DNA of 64,000 nucleotides from Psammoneis japonica. Taxonomy: Eukaryota. The position numbers and the translations under genes are program-made. How positions within the stretch are numbered: position 1 is the stretch's first letter; each line of letters opens with the position of its first letter. Below are positions 48,516-60,339 of the stretch, piece after piece. A model generated the notes under the pieces. It worked only from the letters and a program-made list of their open reading frames with translations. It did not search any database and was not told the origin of the DNA. The DNA lies in assembly GCA_008632985.1 (NCBI GenBank), contig QPGO01000026.1, positions 558,001 to 622,000 of the forward strand, given 5' to 3'.

Positions 48516-51500
48516 CTCCCCAGTTTGCTTGAGGAGTCACAGAAACAGATTCGACTTCGGGTGGAATGAAGTTCCAGAACATGAGGGGGCGGAGAAGGTC
48601 CCAGATTTGGGAGTGACCCCAATGCTTGCTGAGAATGTCAGCAGGGTTGCGGGAGCCTTCGATGAAGTGGAGCTTGAGGTGGCCAGAGGCGATTGCCTCA
48701 CGCACACGGTGGAATGACAGTGCGGTGTGTCGCTTGTGTAACTTGGAGTGCGGGATGGTGGCACTGTCTACAACTGACTTGTTGTCACCGAACATGCAAC
48801 TGACACCACGGATCGGGACGCCAAGGCAGCGCAGGGTGATGCACAGGTCGACAATCTGCTCGACACAAGTCCTTGTGGCAACAAATTCAGACCCGCAGGT
48901 CGCAGTCTCCATGGTGGCTTGCTTCTCAGAGAACCAATCAGCCGGGAATTTGTTGAGGAAGTGGAGCATTCCCATGACAGAGCGTCCGGTGAGCATGCAA
49001 TGGCACAAGTTTGCATCGACGCAGTGGGTGGCAGTGACGAACTTGCCAAGGGGCGGTGGAGCGTCCTTCGGGATCATCTCTTTTGCTTCGCCATGCATGG
49101 AATGCATCCATTCATGGGCCGGAGCAGGGAGATCCGAACAGTTGGGCTCTTCCGTGCAAACGTGGAGAGCGCCATGTCGCATCTTGGAGAGGCACCCACA
49201 GACGCGTTTGGCACGATCCAAGTGGCCTTGACGGGGCGCAGCTCGGAAGCTAGAGAGTGACATGATGGCCGTGGTGATGTCAATTCAACCAAGAGACACT
49301 GCCCATTGGAGTGAGCCAACAAGGGACTGGAACTTGTGAATGCCATCGGGCTCCAGCAGTTCGGAAGTGTCCAGTTCGGGGTGGTCACCCTTCTCCAGAG
49401 GTGACAGGGCGTTGGTGGCAGGTTTCTCCCCAAACAGTCGGGTGCAGCTGTCGACCATGCACTCGATGTACTTGCGCGGAGACAGGCTCAAGGTGCCATC
49501 GGGATCCCGGGAAAAGTCGCAACCCAGATGGAACTCAATGGGTCCCGTGCCCTTGAGCTTAAACTTGTGCTTTTCCGTGAGAGTGTCGACGAAAGATTGA
49601 GGGTCCTTCATGGCAATGGCGAGGTCATCCACATAAACGGCAATGTGCTCACAGTGGTTGCCGTTCCTGCGCACCCAAATGTTGGGTTCGGCGCGGCAGG
49701 GGAAGAAGCCTTCAGCTCGCAGGCAGTCGGCGAAGCGCTTGTGCCAGCGGAGACCGGAGCTGCGCAGTCCATGCAGGGCCTTGTGGATGACAAGGATGTG
49801 TCCTTCGAGTTTGCCAAATTCGGGTCCGGCTACAATGTAGAGCTTCTCCTCAGTGGTGGCTTCAAGATGGGCATTGCCAATGTCGGTGGCCCATGTCTCC
49901 AACTCGTTGAGTTCGGCCAGGAAAATCATCAGCCGAAGGCCACGGAGGGAGACTGCTCCGGAGCAGACACTGTCGACAGGTGTGTCCGTGAGGTGCCCAT
50001 CGGCCACGAGTCGTGCCTTGTGGCGACTGTCGTGTTTCACGTCGTACACCAGGTGCACTCGGATCTTCTTGTGTCCCGCAGGAGGAGTGGAAGACTCGAA
50101 GGGCCCGCAGTCATGGAAGACTTCGTATTCCTCGAGTTGGTCCATCTCGAGATTAGTTGCGTCTCCCCATTTGCGGTTGCTGTTGCGCTCGTCTAGTGAC
50201 ATGGCGTGTTTGCAGTTCCGGGGAACTTCGCATCCGCACTTGCAGCGAGGTGCAGTGCGGAAGGAGCGAAGCTTGGCTTGGTTGGCCATGCAAAATGGCT
50301 TCTTTTGGCGCCTCGCGATGGTGCGGAACCACTTCCAGCCATCCGTGTCGAGAAGTCCGTTCTCTCGTGCATAGATGGCGCAGGTGACGGGGTCGTCCTT
50401 GGCGATGATGGCGAGAGGCTCGGACGTGATCTCCCCACTTTCCCGTTCAAGCATGATGTTGTAGCTTGAGCCTTTCCAGGTTGGGTCATGAGGCTTCAGA
50501 GGTCCTTCGTGTGACACGATGCGTCGGAATTTCCAAACAGTGGTGTCTTCGTCTTCTTGCTCAATGTGATTCATGATGTCGTTGCAGGCAAGGACTTCCT
50601 CGCATTCATCGTTGTTGACAGAGCAGACGAACTTGGCAAGCTCGGGATTGCCGTTCACTTTCCATTCGTGGTCTTCGATGGCCTTGACGATGCGAGCTCT
50701 GTGGCGTTGTCCATCCTCTTGTGGCTGCATGAGGAAGGCACGTCCGATGATGTCTTGCGGATCGAAAACTGGCATCTTGGGTGTCCTGATCTCCCCATCA
50801 GGAGAATCGATGGGGTTGTCGTCATGGCAAGATTTGATGATGGGTTCAGGTGGCTCCCCATCAGGAGGAGCAAGACGCAGGTTTTGAACGGCAGGATCGG
50901 TGGCAGCGGAGCGCATGTTGGACCGGCAGAGGATCTTCTGAGTCTCGTCAGAGAGAATCTTGAAGGTCATCTTGTGGCCGACGTGCTCAGCAATGCCAAC
51001 GAAGCGTCCACGCAACTCACGGGATTCGGACGGCCAATCGGAGTCATCGAGGTGGAAGCACACGGGTTCCCACCAGTGAAAGCGAAGCAATGGGCTGATG
51101 TCCGGGGTGGAGCCAGTGAGAGTCTCGAGGGGCGTGCGCCAGTGGAGACGTGGGGACACTGTGTGGTTGAGCATGAAGCACACACACATGAGCGCCAGCA
51201 GCCATGTGTGGGCGGGCGAACCAAAACGATCCATGACAGTGTTCGCCATGCGCTTCACGGTCTGGCATCGACGCTCGGCAAAGTTTTGGTGTTGCTGGTG
51301 AGGCTCACTTTGCCAGCTGGAGATGAAGAGGGCACGTGGGATCCCAAGCACTTTGTTGCTGATCTCAACTTGAGCACGGTCACCAATGAGTTTGGATGGG
51401 GCACCACGCTCACGGATCTGATCCTCGAGTGTGTTGACAAACTCTTTGTCCGTCTTGGTGCCGCAGACGTCAGTGACGGTAGACTCGGTGCCAACAAACA

Positions 51501-54132
51501 GTTGGGCGCTGGTGCAACCAGAGTCGATGGCCGGGGTGTCGGCACAAACGGTGTCAGTGGCGACAGGCTCATTGCGGCGGTGCACATTAAGGGCGGGGTT
51601 GGGTGATTTGTGGGCCTTCCTAAGGTGTGTACCGGCGGGCATGCGGGCGTGCTGCGTGGTGCAGTCAAAAGCATGACGGACCGCATCGGCAGGCAGGAAG
51701 CCAAAGTGAGGCCGAAGAGACTCGAAGGGGGGGTCCTTGGGCTGTACAGTGCGCTCCGGGGGCGGAACGTCGTCGCCCTTGGGGTCAATCGCGTGTGGAT
51801 GACACTCATGGAACACGTCGTCGTTCGGAATGAGGTGATCATCGAGGGCGGACGCGTGATCGGCAGACAAGGAAGCGGACATGATGGTCTCGTTGACAAC
51901 GACACGATGACGGCAGTTGCCGCATTCATCAAACAGGTTGGCAGTGGGATCGTCCTGCAGGTCAGAGATCGCGTCGTGCCACTGGTCGTCTTCAGTGACA
52001 GAGTGATCGAGGATGGAAGGATCCCATGTGTCATCACCGGTGAGGATGACATGGGGCAGGGTGTCCCATTCGGCGTCAGTGCAAGGTCGCATGGCAACAC
52101 AAGGCAGGCCGGCCTTGATGTCAATGGGGATGACATGGCCATCAGGAGTGGCAATACGTTGCAAGCCGTTGGGCACCTTGACAGAGCGATCGTTGACATC
52201 CTGTTTGTGCCATTTGAGCTGGCCGCAGGAATGGATGGTCTTGCCCTTGCCCGTGCGTGCGCATTGATGGAGGATGGCGATGACGGGACCACGCTGGGTC
52301 TCAATGACGGCACCAGCGGTGACAACAGGGATGTCCACCAATTGATGGTCGTCAATGCCCTGGACGTCGACTTGGCGAGAGGTGCGTGCAATGACGTGAA
52401 CGTCGTCACCAGCAATGCCGCCGTTGGCCCCACGATCGACTGGAGCACCAGTGCATGTGGAGCGATGAGCAGAGGCAGAGCAAATGACCTTGTGGTTGTC
52501 AACGCGACGGTGAGTGCGGCCGTCAAGTTCTGTGTCATCAGCAGAAGCTGGCGGGGTAGAGGGAGCGGCGGATGGCCCCGGTCGACTGGCATTGGGGGCT
52601 TGGTTAGGAGACAACAGACGTTGCAGATCACCGGGTGGCAGTGGCTTGCGCTTGGTGAGGTGCGCCAGGATGGGATCATCCGAAGTGGCACCCACATTTG
52701 GAGCGGAGTCACCAGAGTCAGCAGGAGTTGTGTTGGACAAGTTGACATCACCGTCTCTCCCAAGGCGTTGGTCGTGAAGGTTGGCCGTAACAGACTCATG
52801 GCAGTTGCTGGCTCGCGGGTTGCGGGGAGGCGGACGAGAATGCTCAAGGATGATCGCCTTGGAGGAATGGGGCAACGAATCCCAGATCCGTTGGTGGTCG
52901 GGAGGGAGACGTTTCCATTGGTCACCGGTGAGGCTGGGACCGTGGGTGTGGGCAGCATTGGCCTGAAGGACGTCAATGTCGCTGTCAATGTCGTAGAACA
53001 CATCGTCGGACAGTTCCTCGGAGCAGACGTTGTGTGCGCACATGGCGCGTCGGGGAGCTCGAGGTGTCGTCTTGGGTTGAAACGCACTGTCGCATTGAGC
53101 TGCCGCGGAGAGGAGCAAGCCACAGCATTGATCGCATGTGAGGCTCTTGCCACTCTGCGTGCGATGCTGATCAGCTTGGTTCTTGACAGCACGGAGTTCC
53201 TCGACAGGGTGTGCGGCATTCTCGAGCATGACGCGCTTCTGTCCTTCAGAGAAGTGGTCACTGGCCGGGATGAGTGCCTCGCACTTGCGCAACTGATCTT
53301 GCCAATGAAGGATGAACCCGTGGGTCGGACCTTTCCAAGTGCCATCACCAAGACGTGCGGTGGTGAGGCACGTCAGCAAGGTGGAGGACTCGACAGATGC
53401 GCGGGTGGAGGCGAGCGCGTGCTCAGACAAGGCGCGGTGGACAGTCTGGGCGTCAGAAGACCCCACATTTTCGCGGATGAGAGCCTTGCCCTTGTCGGTG
53501 AGAAGGATGCGTTCGAAGATGGCGAACATGTGCTTTTGCTGTTCAGCAAAGAGCAGTTTGTCTTCGGGGCTGGTCGGTTTGTACGACGAGTCTAGAATGC
53601 ACTCGACGTCTTGGGCACGGGCTTGTGCCACCAGTGAGGTGTGCCAAGTGTGCCACTGCTTGTCGGATTTGAGAGCCGTGAAAGCGGTGGGATCACGCTT
53701 GATGCCTTGCTTGAAGTCCCGCACCAGGTCGCGTGCCTTGGTCGGGTTGGTGACATGCGGAGGTGCGAGGGGTGAGCTGCCGATGGACACAGAAGACATG
53801 CAGTCGGGGCTGAGGCGGCAGGCAAGGAACTCGTCATGCGTGAACAACGAGGAGTCATTGGCAACGTCAAGACCTTTGTGTGCTTTGACAATGTGCAGAC
53901 CAACTAGAGCTGCTAACATGTTCTTGTGACCACGGGGCAAAGGGATCACATTGGTGCCGTTGTCGCACTCAAGCGAGTCGATTTGGGACAGCATGAACGT
54001 GAACAGTTCTTGATGCGAGTCCGTGCCGTCTTGGGCCAAAGCCAAACGAAGAGGGCTCCCAGCACCTTGGGCAAGCACGGTTCCAACAACGTGCTCGAAA
54101 CCATCGGTTTGTTGCTGACGAGTGAGAACCAT
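48463..54132 (-). pseudogene. Copia gag-pol polyprotein, inactivated by one in-frame TGA and massive Tyr->Cys/His substitution
   Basis: PR VDRGANG; IN D(TVCAD)...D(RAQVE)...QNFAERR; RT KARLVADGH and VYVDD; RNaseH GDNKSV and NPADILSK. TGA at 49285-49287 sits where Arg is expected (WAVSLG*IDI). Confidence 0.95.
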
Positions 54133-55054
54133 GGTAGACAAAAGTGGTGTCAGGACAAGCAATTCTTGTTGGGAAGCGAAGGCAGACTTGAAGCTTGGGT
54201 GAGAATGGACTTGACTTGAAACAGACTTGACTTGAAATCTTGAACTGCCTTAAAATCAGAAGTCGCCGGGCTTTGCTGTCCCGTTCGTTGTTGAGTGCTA
54301 AACTTCCCATCCGGTCCGTAGAGTTGTGCCGGCACGTCCGAACCCGCAGCCAGTGGCGCTTTGGGTTGCTTGCGAGCAGAGCAGCGGGTTGCAAACCCCT
54401 GCAGGTGAGCTGACCAGAGGTGGACAAGACCCCCGAACCATTCTTGTTTTATGTCGGTTGGATTTCCCGATCAGGCTGGCCAGTTGACGCAGGCGTTGGG
54501 CGCTGTGGACGAACGAACAAACGCGGGAAAGCACCCTCGCCCCAACGCAGGCTGTGATCACGGCTGCTTGCTCTCACAGTCATCCTCGTGGACCCAGTGG
54601 AACTGCAGAGCACCAGCAGTCTGGGGCAGATCAGGTGCAATGGACTCGGTGTGCTTGTAGAGTGGCAGCAAAACCGCAGTCCGAAGAGTGGGCACAGGTT
54701 CTTGGCCGTGAAGATGTGTGCATGTGTGCATGTCTTCAGCGACGAAGATCCTTGGACATGTGGGGTTCTAGCCCGTTGACTGATGAACAGGTGTGCCAAG
54801 GGATGAGGATCAAGGACAGACTTGGACATGACCATTGAATGCATGTCTTCAGCGATCAAAGGCAGCACAATCAATCCAGACATCCAGCGGCAAGGAGACT
54901 TGACGGTGACATTAACTTCCTGCCGATGCCCTGGCATTGAATGCGCGTAGACTTGCCGATGTATGTAGAACATGTACGGAGGTCCACGTAGAATTGAAAT
55001 GGCGTCGTTGGTAAATCAACGACGACGATGGCGGTTGCTCAATGGGTTGACAAT

Positions 55055-55071
55055 GAGCAAGACTGTCAATC
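55055..55071 (-). other. Putative primer-binding site complementary to a tRNA anticodon arm (half-tRNA type)
   Basis: GATTGACAGTCTTGC lies directly after the 5' LTR, with no TGG; its complement reads G-CAAGA-CT-GTC-AA-TC. Confidence 0.45.
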
Positions 55072-55347
55072 TGACAGAAATTGAAGGCAAATGGCAAGAA
55101 TTCAAACAACAACTCCTCGCTGCTGTCTAAATGGCAGATGAGTCTCCGCTCAGAGACCGTCACAGGAGCCGAAAGACGTGCAAGTCGGCACAATCGGGCT
55201 ACTGTTGTTATTCTTGTGAGCCTTGTGGCTCGAAAGCAAACTACATCGCGCGCGAACGCGCGGAACTAAAGCACACAAAACTGTGCGCGGTAAACTAAAC
55301 AACGCGCGACATTTCGCGCGCACCTGAATCCTGTTCAAATCCTGTCA
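55072..55347 (-). repeat. 5' LTR (276 bp)
   Basis: Direct repeat of 48237-48515. Confidence 0.95.
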
Positions 55348-55369
55348 CATTGTTTGCCTGACGGATGAT

Positions 55370-55371
<2 letters not shown>

Positions 55372-55404
<33 letters not shown>
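55372..55404. repeat. (AC)n microsatellite
   Basis: Read directly. Confidence 0.95.
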
Positions 55405-55405
<1 letters not shown>

Positions 55406-56560
55406 GGGCAACGTGTCAACAGCTGTGAGCAACTTGTCTCTCTCTTCTCAGAGATGCCACACACCTCTTTTCTTGCTTCTTGCCACATGAAACCTCTCTG
55501 TTGTCAACTCTCTTGAGCAGCAGCTTGCATTGTCACATGTGTTGTTGAAAAGTGCTGCTGTGCTGTTTGTGCAAAACTGCCCAGAATCCAGGTGTTCTTT
55601 CCACCAAGTGGCGAGAATGATCATGAAAAAGAAAGTGGAACAGTCAAGCACCACAGCAGCCACATGAGCAAAAAAAAATTTCAGCTTGCCAAAAGCCAGC
55701 TTCTTCTTGTGACAAACTTGGAGCTGCAGGTTGACTCATTTTAGCACACTCAAGCATCACAAGCAATGCACAGTGTGCTGGCTGGCACCAAGAGAGTGTG
55801 CAAGCAGTTGTCTGGGGGGTGGAGCACTGCACTTGCACGTTGAGCACCCCCATTCTCTCCCCCTCCTTTTTCTCTAACTTGGAGGGTCGCCTGCATGGCT
55901 TGGACATGTGCCTTTCTCATTGAGAAGTGCGCAGCTCATTTGCAACTCCACAGATCATTTTTTGACACTGCTGTGCTCTCCACCCCTTGTTCTGTTCTCA
56001 CACCTCATCCAGAAGATGGGCCAGTGCACTGGCGGTGCTCTCCAGATGATGCACTCTGCACCCAACCTGCAGCAGACCTTGTGTTGATGCACCGTGGATG
56101 GAAAAGGCTCTTCTGGTGCAGATGCTGGCAGGGCGTCTTGCATCACCACCACCAAGCAAAGGCACCAGTGAAGAGCAAACAGAGGGGCCACCAAAGCAGC
56201 GCGCTGCTCTTTTTGGGGGTGGGCCAGGTGGGGGTGGCGGGAGGGCTCAAGGGCTGGTGGCATTGTGGGTCTTCCAGAGAGGCAATGGGTGCACTTGGGA
56301 TTGCTCCCCTGAAGGATGGTTGAGCGAGAAGTGCTGTCCTCGGATCGAAGCATTTGCCCCCCCCCCCCAGCAANACACCACTGGCTCAAGAGGCACACAT
56401 CACAGATGACAACAGCTGCTTCTAAAGAGTGGCTGGAAATGTCATTAAAATTAAAGACCATCTTCCGCCTTCTCCTGTTCCCAGTAGATCCGTGAATTCG
56501 TTGCATTTTATGTGCATGATGCACAATGTGCTGTGTGATGGTGAGGCTGGGGTCAACGCC
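55405..56560. mobile_element. TpA-depleted relic DNA flanking the Copia insertion (right)
   Basis: TA and CG rare, TG/CA-rich; one N at 56374. Confidence 0.5.
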
Positions 56561-56932
56561 CCCGCACGCACGTCGCGTGCGACGGGCGATCTCACGAAAC
56601 ATTTTGGCGGGGAAGATGAAAAAAGAGAACTCCAAACGCGAATAGACCTAGTGAATGCATGTTCAAGAAACGTAGAATTTTTACAGTATTTTGATTTTTG
56701 CATTCGTGAGGTGCGCAAACGAAACCGATCTTCCCATCAATTCCTCCGATTCTTTCACAAAATCGAGTATGACAACGCTCAGAACAAGGCCAAGTTAGGG
56801 TCAAACCTTCCTCTTGCACCTAACACTCTTGAATCTGGAAGAGCACCTTTTACTTTATACTAGTTGACTTGCCTCAGATCAACTAAACTGTACACAGGCG
56901 AGCAGTCTAGACGTGACGAAGGAACAGTGAAA

Positions 56933-57784
56933 ATGCAGGGAAGAGAACCAACAAAAGGGCACATCACGAGGTCTATGCGAGCCTTGATTACTTTGATACC
57001 TGCTGGATTGTTTGTGCTCGTTACTATGCAACCCATTAAACAGCTAAAGAGCGGTACTTTTGATGCCCTGAAAACGTCTACCATCGAAGAAAAGATTAAC
57101 TCCTGCGGGTCAAGTTCTTCGGTCTTTGATTCAATCGTTGAAGAAGCCTACAACAGCGCCACTCAAAGTCCACAAGGGACTATACGCAAGAAATTTGATG
57201 TGGATTATTGGGAGAATGAATCCAATTTGACCACCACCGGGGGGCTCGGGAGAATGGATCGAATAATGCTTGGAGAATTGTACGGAGAAGCTGACTCTGT
57301 CTTTGAGTATGGACTGGGAGAATCCACATACATCGCCAACCACGTTGGTGTTCCTCGATACGCTGGTATTGACTCTGATCCGTTATGGGTAGCTGATGTG
57401 CGTGACAAAGTTGCAAGCCATTTTCGTTTCTACTACGGTGACGTTGGTGCAACGGGAAATTGGGGCTATCCTAGCAACAGCAACCTGCCAAAGAACAAGC
57501 TCAACTATCAACTGGCACCTCTTGTTTTGGAACAAAAGCCATTTGATGTATACATGGTGGATGGACGTTGGCGCGTCGCCTCTGCCTTGGCTAGCTTTTT
57601 GCATGCAAGCTCGAGAGGAGCAGATCCGCTCAAAACCAAGGTGCTGATTCATGATTGCGAACGCAAGTATTATCACAATGCGGACCACTTGCTCAACCTG
57701 ACGAGGCACTCAGGCGGCAAACTCTGTCTTTACCAGCGTTTCCCGCATGCAACCGATGAAGCATTGCAGAAACTTGTGGAATGA
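56933..57784 (+). CDS. Class I SAM-dependent methyltransferase-like protein with an N-terminal membrane anchor
   Basis: VFEYGLGEST, GIDSDPLW, FDVYMVDGRWRVA and VLIHD; hydrophobic LITLIPAGLFVLVTM. Confidence 0.7.
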   Translation: MQGREPTKGHITRSMRALITLIPAGLFVLVTMQPIKQLKSGTFDALKTSTIEEKINSCGSSSSVFDSIVEEAYNSATQSPQGTIRKKFDVDYWENESNLTTTGGLGRMDRIMLGELYGEADSVFEYGLGESTYIANHVGVPRYAGIDSDPLWVADVRDKVASHFRFYYGDVGATGNWGYPSNSNLPKNKLNYQLAPLVLEQKPFDVYMVDGRWRVASALASFLHASSRGADPLKTKVLIHDCERKYYHNADHLLNLTRHSGGKLCLYQRFPHATDEALQKLVE

Positions 57785-58040
57785 ACAGTCAAAGGATGTT
57801 AAAAGATGAACACATCAAGCCTCATCCTAATAACCATGCTTACGCATAGAACTCATCAACTTTTGCTAAAATCATTCAAACATTGAAATCTTCTCCAGCC
57901 TATGTCTATTATGTATGTAACCAGCATGCAGTTGCGCATGTACATTTGAAAGCCAACAACAAAAATATGCGAGATCTTCAAAAGCGGCAGGCCGGCGGCG
58001 CATAAAATAGTCAGAAGAAAACATGACAACGGCATAGACA

Positions 58041-58150
58041 GCACATTTCGTCGAGAAGCAGCACATTCATATTTTTTCGGAATTTTTTTTTTGCATGGCA
58101 CCTCCTGTGAACACCAGCTTGACCTTGTCAACACTTTGGAGGCTCTGGAC
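58041..58150 (-). pseudogene. Short relic copy of the amidohydrolase 3' end and UTR
   Basis: cgtcgagaagcagcacat...cctcctgtgaacaccagcttgaccttgtcaacactttggaggctct aligns to about 62617-62710. Confidence 0.75.
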
Positions 58151-60260
58151 AATCTCACAAAATGTTTGAGTGCTGCCATCGCTTTTCTTGATGGAGAAGG
58201 CTCTGCTGGCACAGTTGCTGCCATCTCCCAAACCCAAGCTGGATGGTGGTGCCTTGCAGGCCCCTTTGTGGCCTGTTCTGGTTTTCTGTGTGGTGATTTG
58301 GCTGTGCTGGCTGGCAGCAGAAATTGGTTGTTGACTCCCAACTCTCTCTGGAAGTTTGTGCCAGGGTCTTGCCATGCTCTGTGGTGACTCACTGGTGGGC
58401 CTGTGCATGGAGTGCCACCTGAACAAAGCCAAGCTGTTCATCTGAGCACCTGACAACTTGACTGCAGAACAGCAGCAACACATGCTTGCAAGCACTTGCT
58501 TGGGCATCAGAGTGGCTGGGAGCAACAACTGAGCACATTTGGAAGGGACCAACATGGCTGACAAACAATGGTGATGACGGCATTGTGCCAACTGGAAACA
58601 AAGTGAGGCAGAGACAGATCTCAAAAAATCTGCTTGATTGTCCAGGTCTGGCCATGAGACCAGCCAAGACCAGGTGTGCCAGCAGACTCCTTGCCCCAAC
58701 AGACATTGTGTTTGCTGCACTGCTGGGTGCATGGGAGCAGGAGTCAGATCTTTGAGCACATTGTGAAATGGTGGTGGCACCATTTTGTTGTCACATTGCA
58801 GGGCATGAATGTTCCCACCAGAGCTTGCAGATGTGCTGCTCTGATGGGAGTGAACACAAAATGATGGTGATGTTCCAACTGTGACAGGGTTGTTCACCTG
58901 TCAACATGCAATCCTTTCTCCTGTCCCAGCATCCAACGATGGGTGATGTGATGACAGAGTTTTGTCTCTCTGGCCATCATCTTGTTGCTTGTTGGCAGTG
59001 GCAAAATCATGTTCTCCTGAGACCTGGGGCATGTTGCTGTGGGTGTGTCCTCATTGAATGGCAGCAGCAAAATTCGCCATGGCCGTGCCACCACACATTG
59101 CCGGTGGCTGGCTTTGTGCGCATCTGCCAGCTGCTGGCACTCCCTGAGCCTGGCATTTCATGCAAGTGGCTGGTGTGGAGTTCTGATGAAGCTGTCTTTT
59201 TCAGCTCCACAGCACATGATGAGTGTGGTGCTCTCTTTGCCAAAATGACACATTGCTCGAATGGCTGCTCAGTTTTCAGCTCTTGTCAATTTTGGGAGGA
59301 AAAATGACTCCCAAAGGCAAGAGGCAGCATCAGAGGCCAAATTTGTCACATCTCAACCATGCACTTAACTTGCATGGCAGCTCTAAGAAATGTGCTGGGG
59401 GGGCTCTTTTTTCCTGCAGACTTTTGTGCAAGGCCTGAGGGCACACACACTTGAGTGTGCAGCAGGGCTTTTGGATCCCCACAACCGCAAGGCATCTGCA
59501 CATTGTCATGGAATGAATCTGAGTGTCTCATGCAGATGAAGCATCTCCCATTGTTCTTTGAAGAAACTGTGGTGACACACAGATTTGTGGCAGCTGCAAG
59601 ACTTGTGCTGTTCTGAGCATTCAACAATGACAGATTTTTGGGTTGTTGTGTTCTAAAGGTGACCACTGCAAGAACATTTTCTCTGTTCACAAAGGCAGTG
59701 CAGAGTGTTGCATGTTCACAAAATGAATGTTGCCATTGCAACAGTGCTTTGTTTGAATTGGAGCTGAGCAGAACTCTCACAAGTGAGGGGAAAAACACTT
59801 CAGCTGCTGCTGGGCTGAGAAAAAGATGCTGCAGCTTGTGCACGGCACATGCAGGTGATGTGCAGCTTTGACTTCTGCAAATTTGTTTGTTTTGAAGTTG
59901 TTTTCATTAAAGTCACATGGGTAAAATCTGGGGAGGGGGCACTCTTTGTTTCTTTTGCTGTGATCATTTTTTAAAATGATTGTGTCGGTGTCTCCCGGAG
60001 CTGGTGCGTTCTTGTCCCTTTTGGCTGATGTCATGTGCAATCTGCAGAATGCCAAATTTGTCAACAACACTGCTGTTGCATTTTAGAGTTTTTAACCCAA
60101 TGGCTTTTTGGGTTGGCAAGTGCATCATGATGGATTAGATGATTGCACGCTGCACAGTCCGATGACCTTTGATGCCAATGCAGTGCCGTGTAGATGGGCT
60201 GTTGCAACTCCATTGGCACAGCAACTCATCATGTTGACAACTCACAGGCATGTGTGAAAC
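58150..60260. mobile_element. Degenerate TpA- and CpG-depleted domain G (TE relic)
   Basis: Almost no TA over about 2 kb. Confidence 0.55.
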
Positions 60261-60339
60261 AAGTGCAGAGTGTTTGCCTGCCCCACAGCCACTGGCGCTG
60301 CAGTTGTTGACTTGCCAATTGACTCAAGAGAGAGCATGC

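Larger units (their letters stand above)
48237..55347 (-). mobile_element. Full-length Ty1/Copia LTR retrotransposon (CoDi-like), hypermutated
   Basis: Two LTRs with TGACAG...CTGTCA ends; 5-bp TSD CATTG at 48232-48236 and 55348-55352; gag-PR-IN-RT-RNaseH domain order. Confidence 0.97.

Noticed and set aside
49285..49287. Programmed stop readthrough between RT and RNaseH
   Set aside because: The TGA sits at an expected Arg codon (CGA->TGA), consistent with CpG decay, and is not at a gag-pol junction.
51255..53595. 698-aa alternate-frame and 661-aa antisense ORFs inside the Copia element
   Set aside because: Explained by loss of TAA/TAG codons in TA-depleted, GC-rich DNA; no recognisable domains.
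48463..54132. Alternative genetic code (Cys/His codons read as Tyr), or RNA editing as the cause of Tyr loss
   Set aside because: Neighbouring host genes use Tyr normally, non-coding LTRs show the same changes, and both strands are affected.
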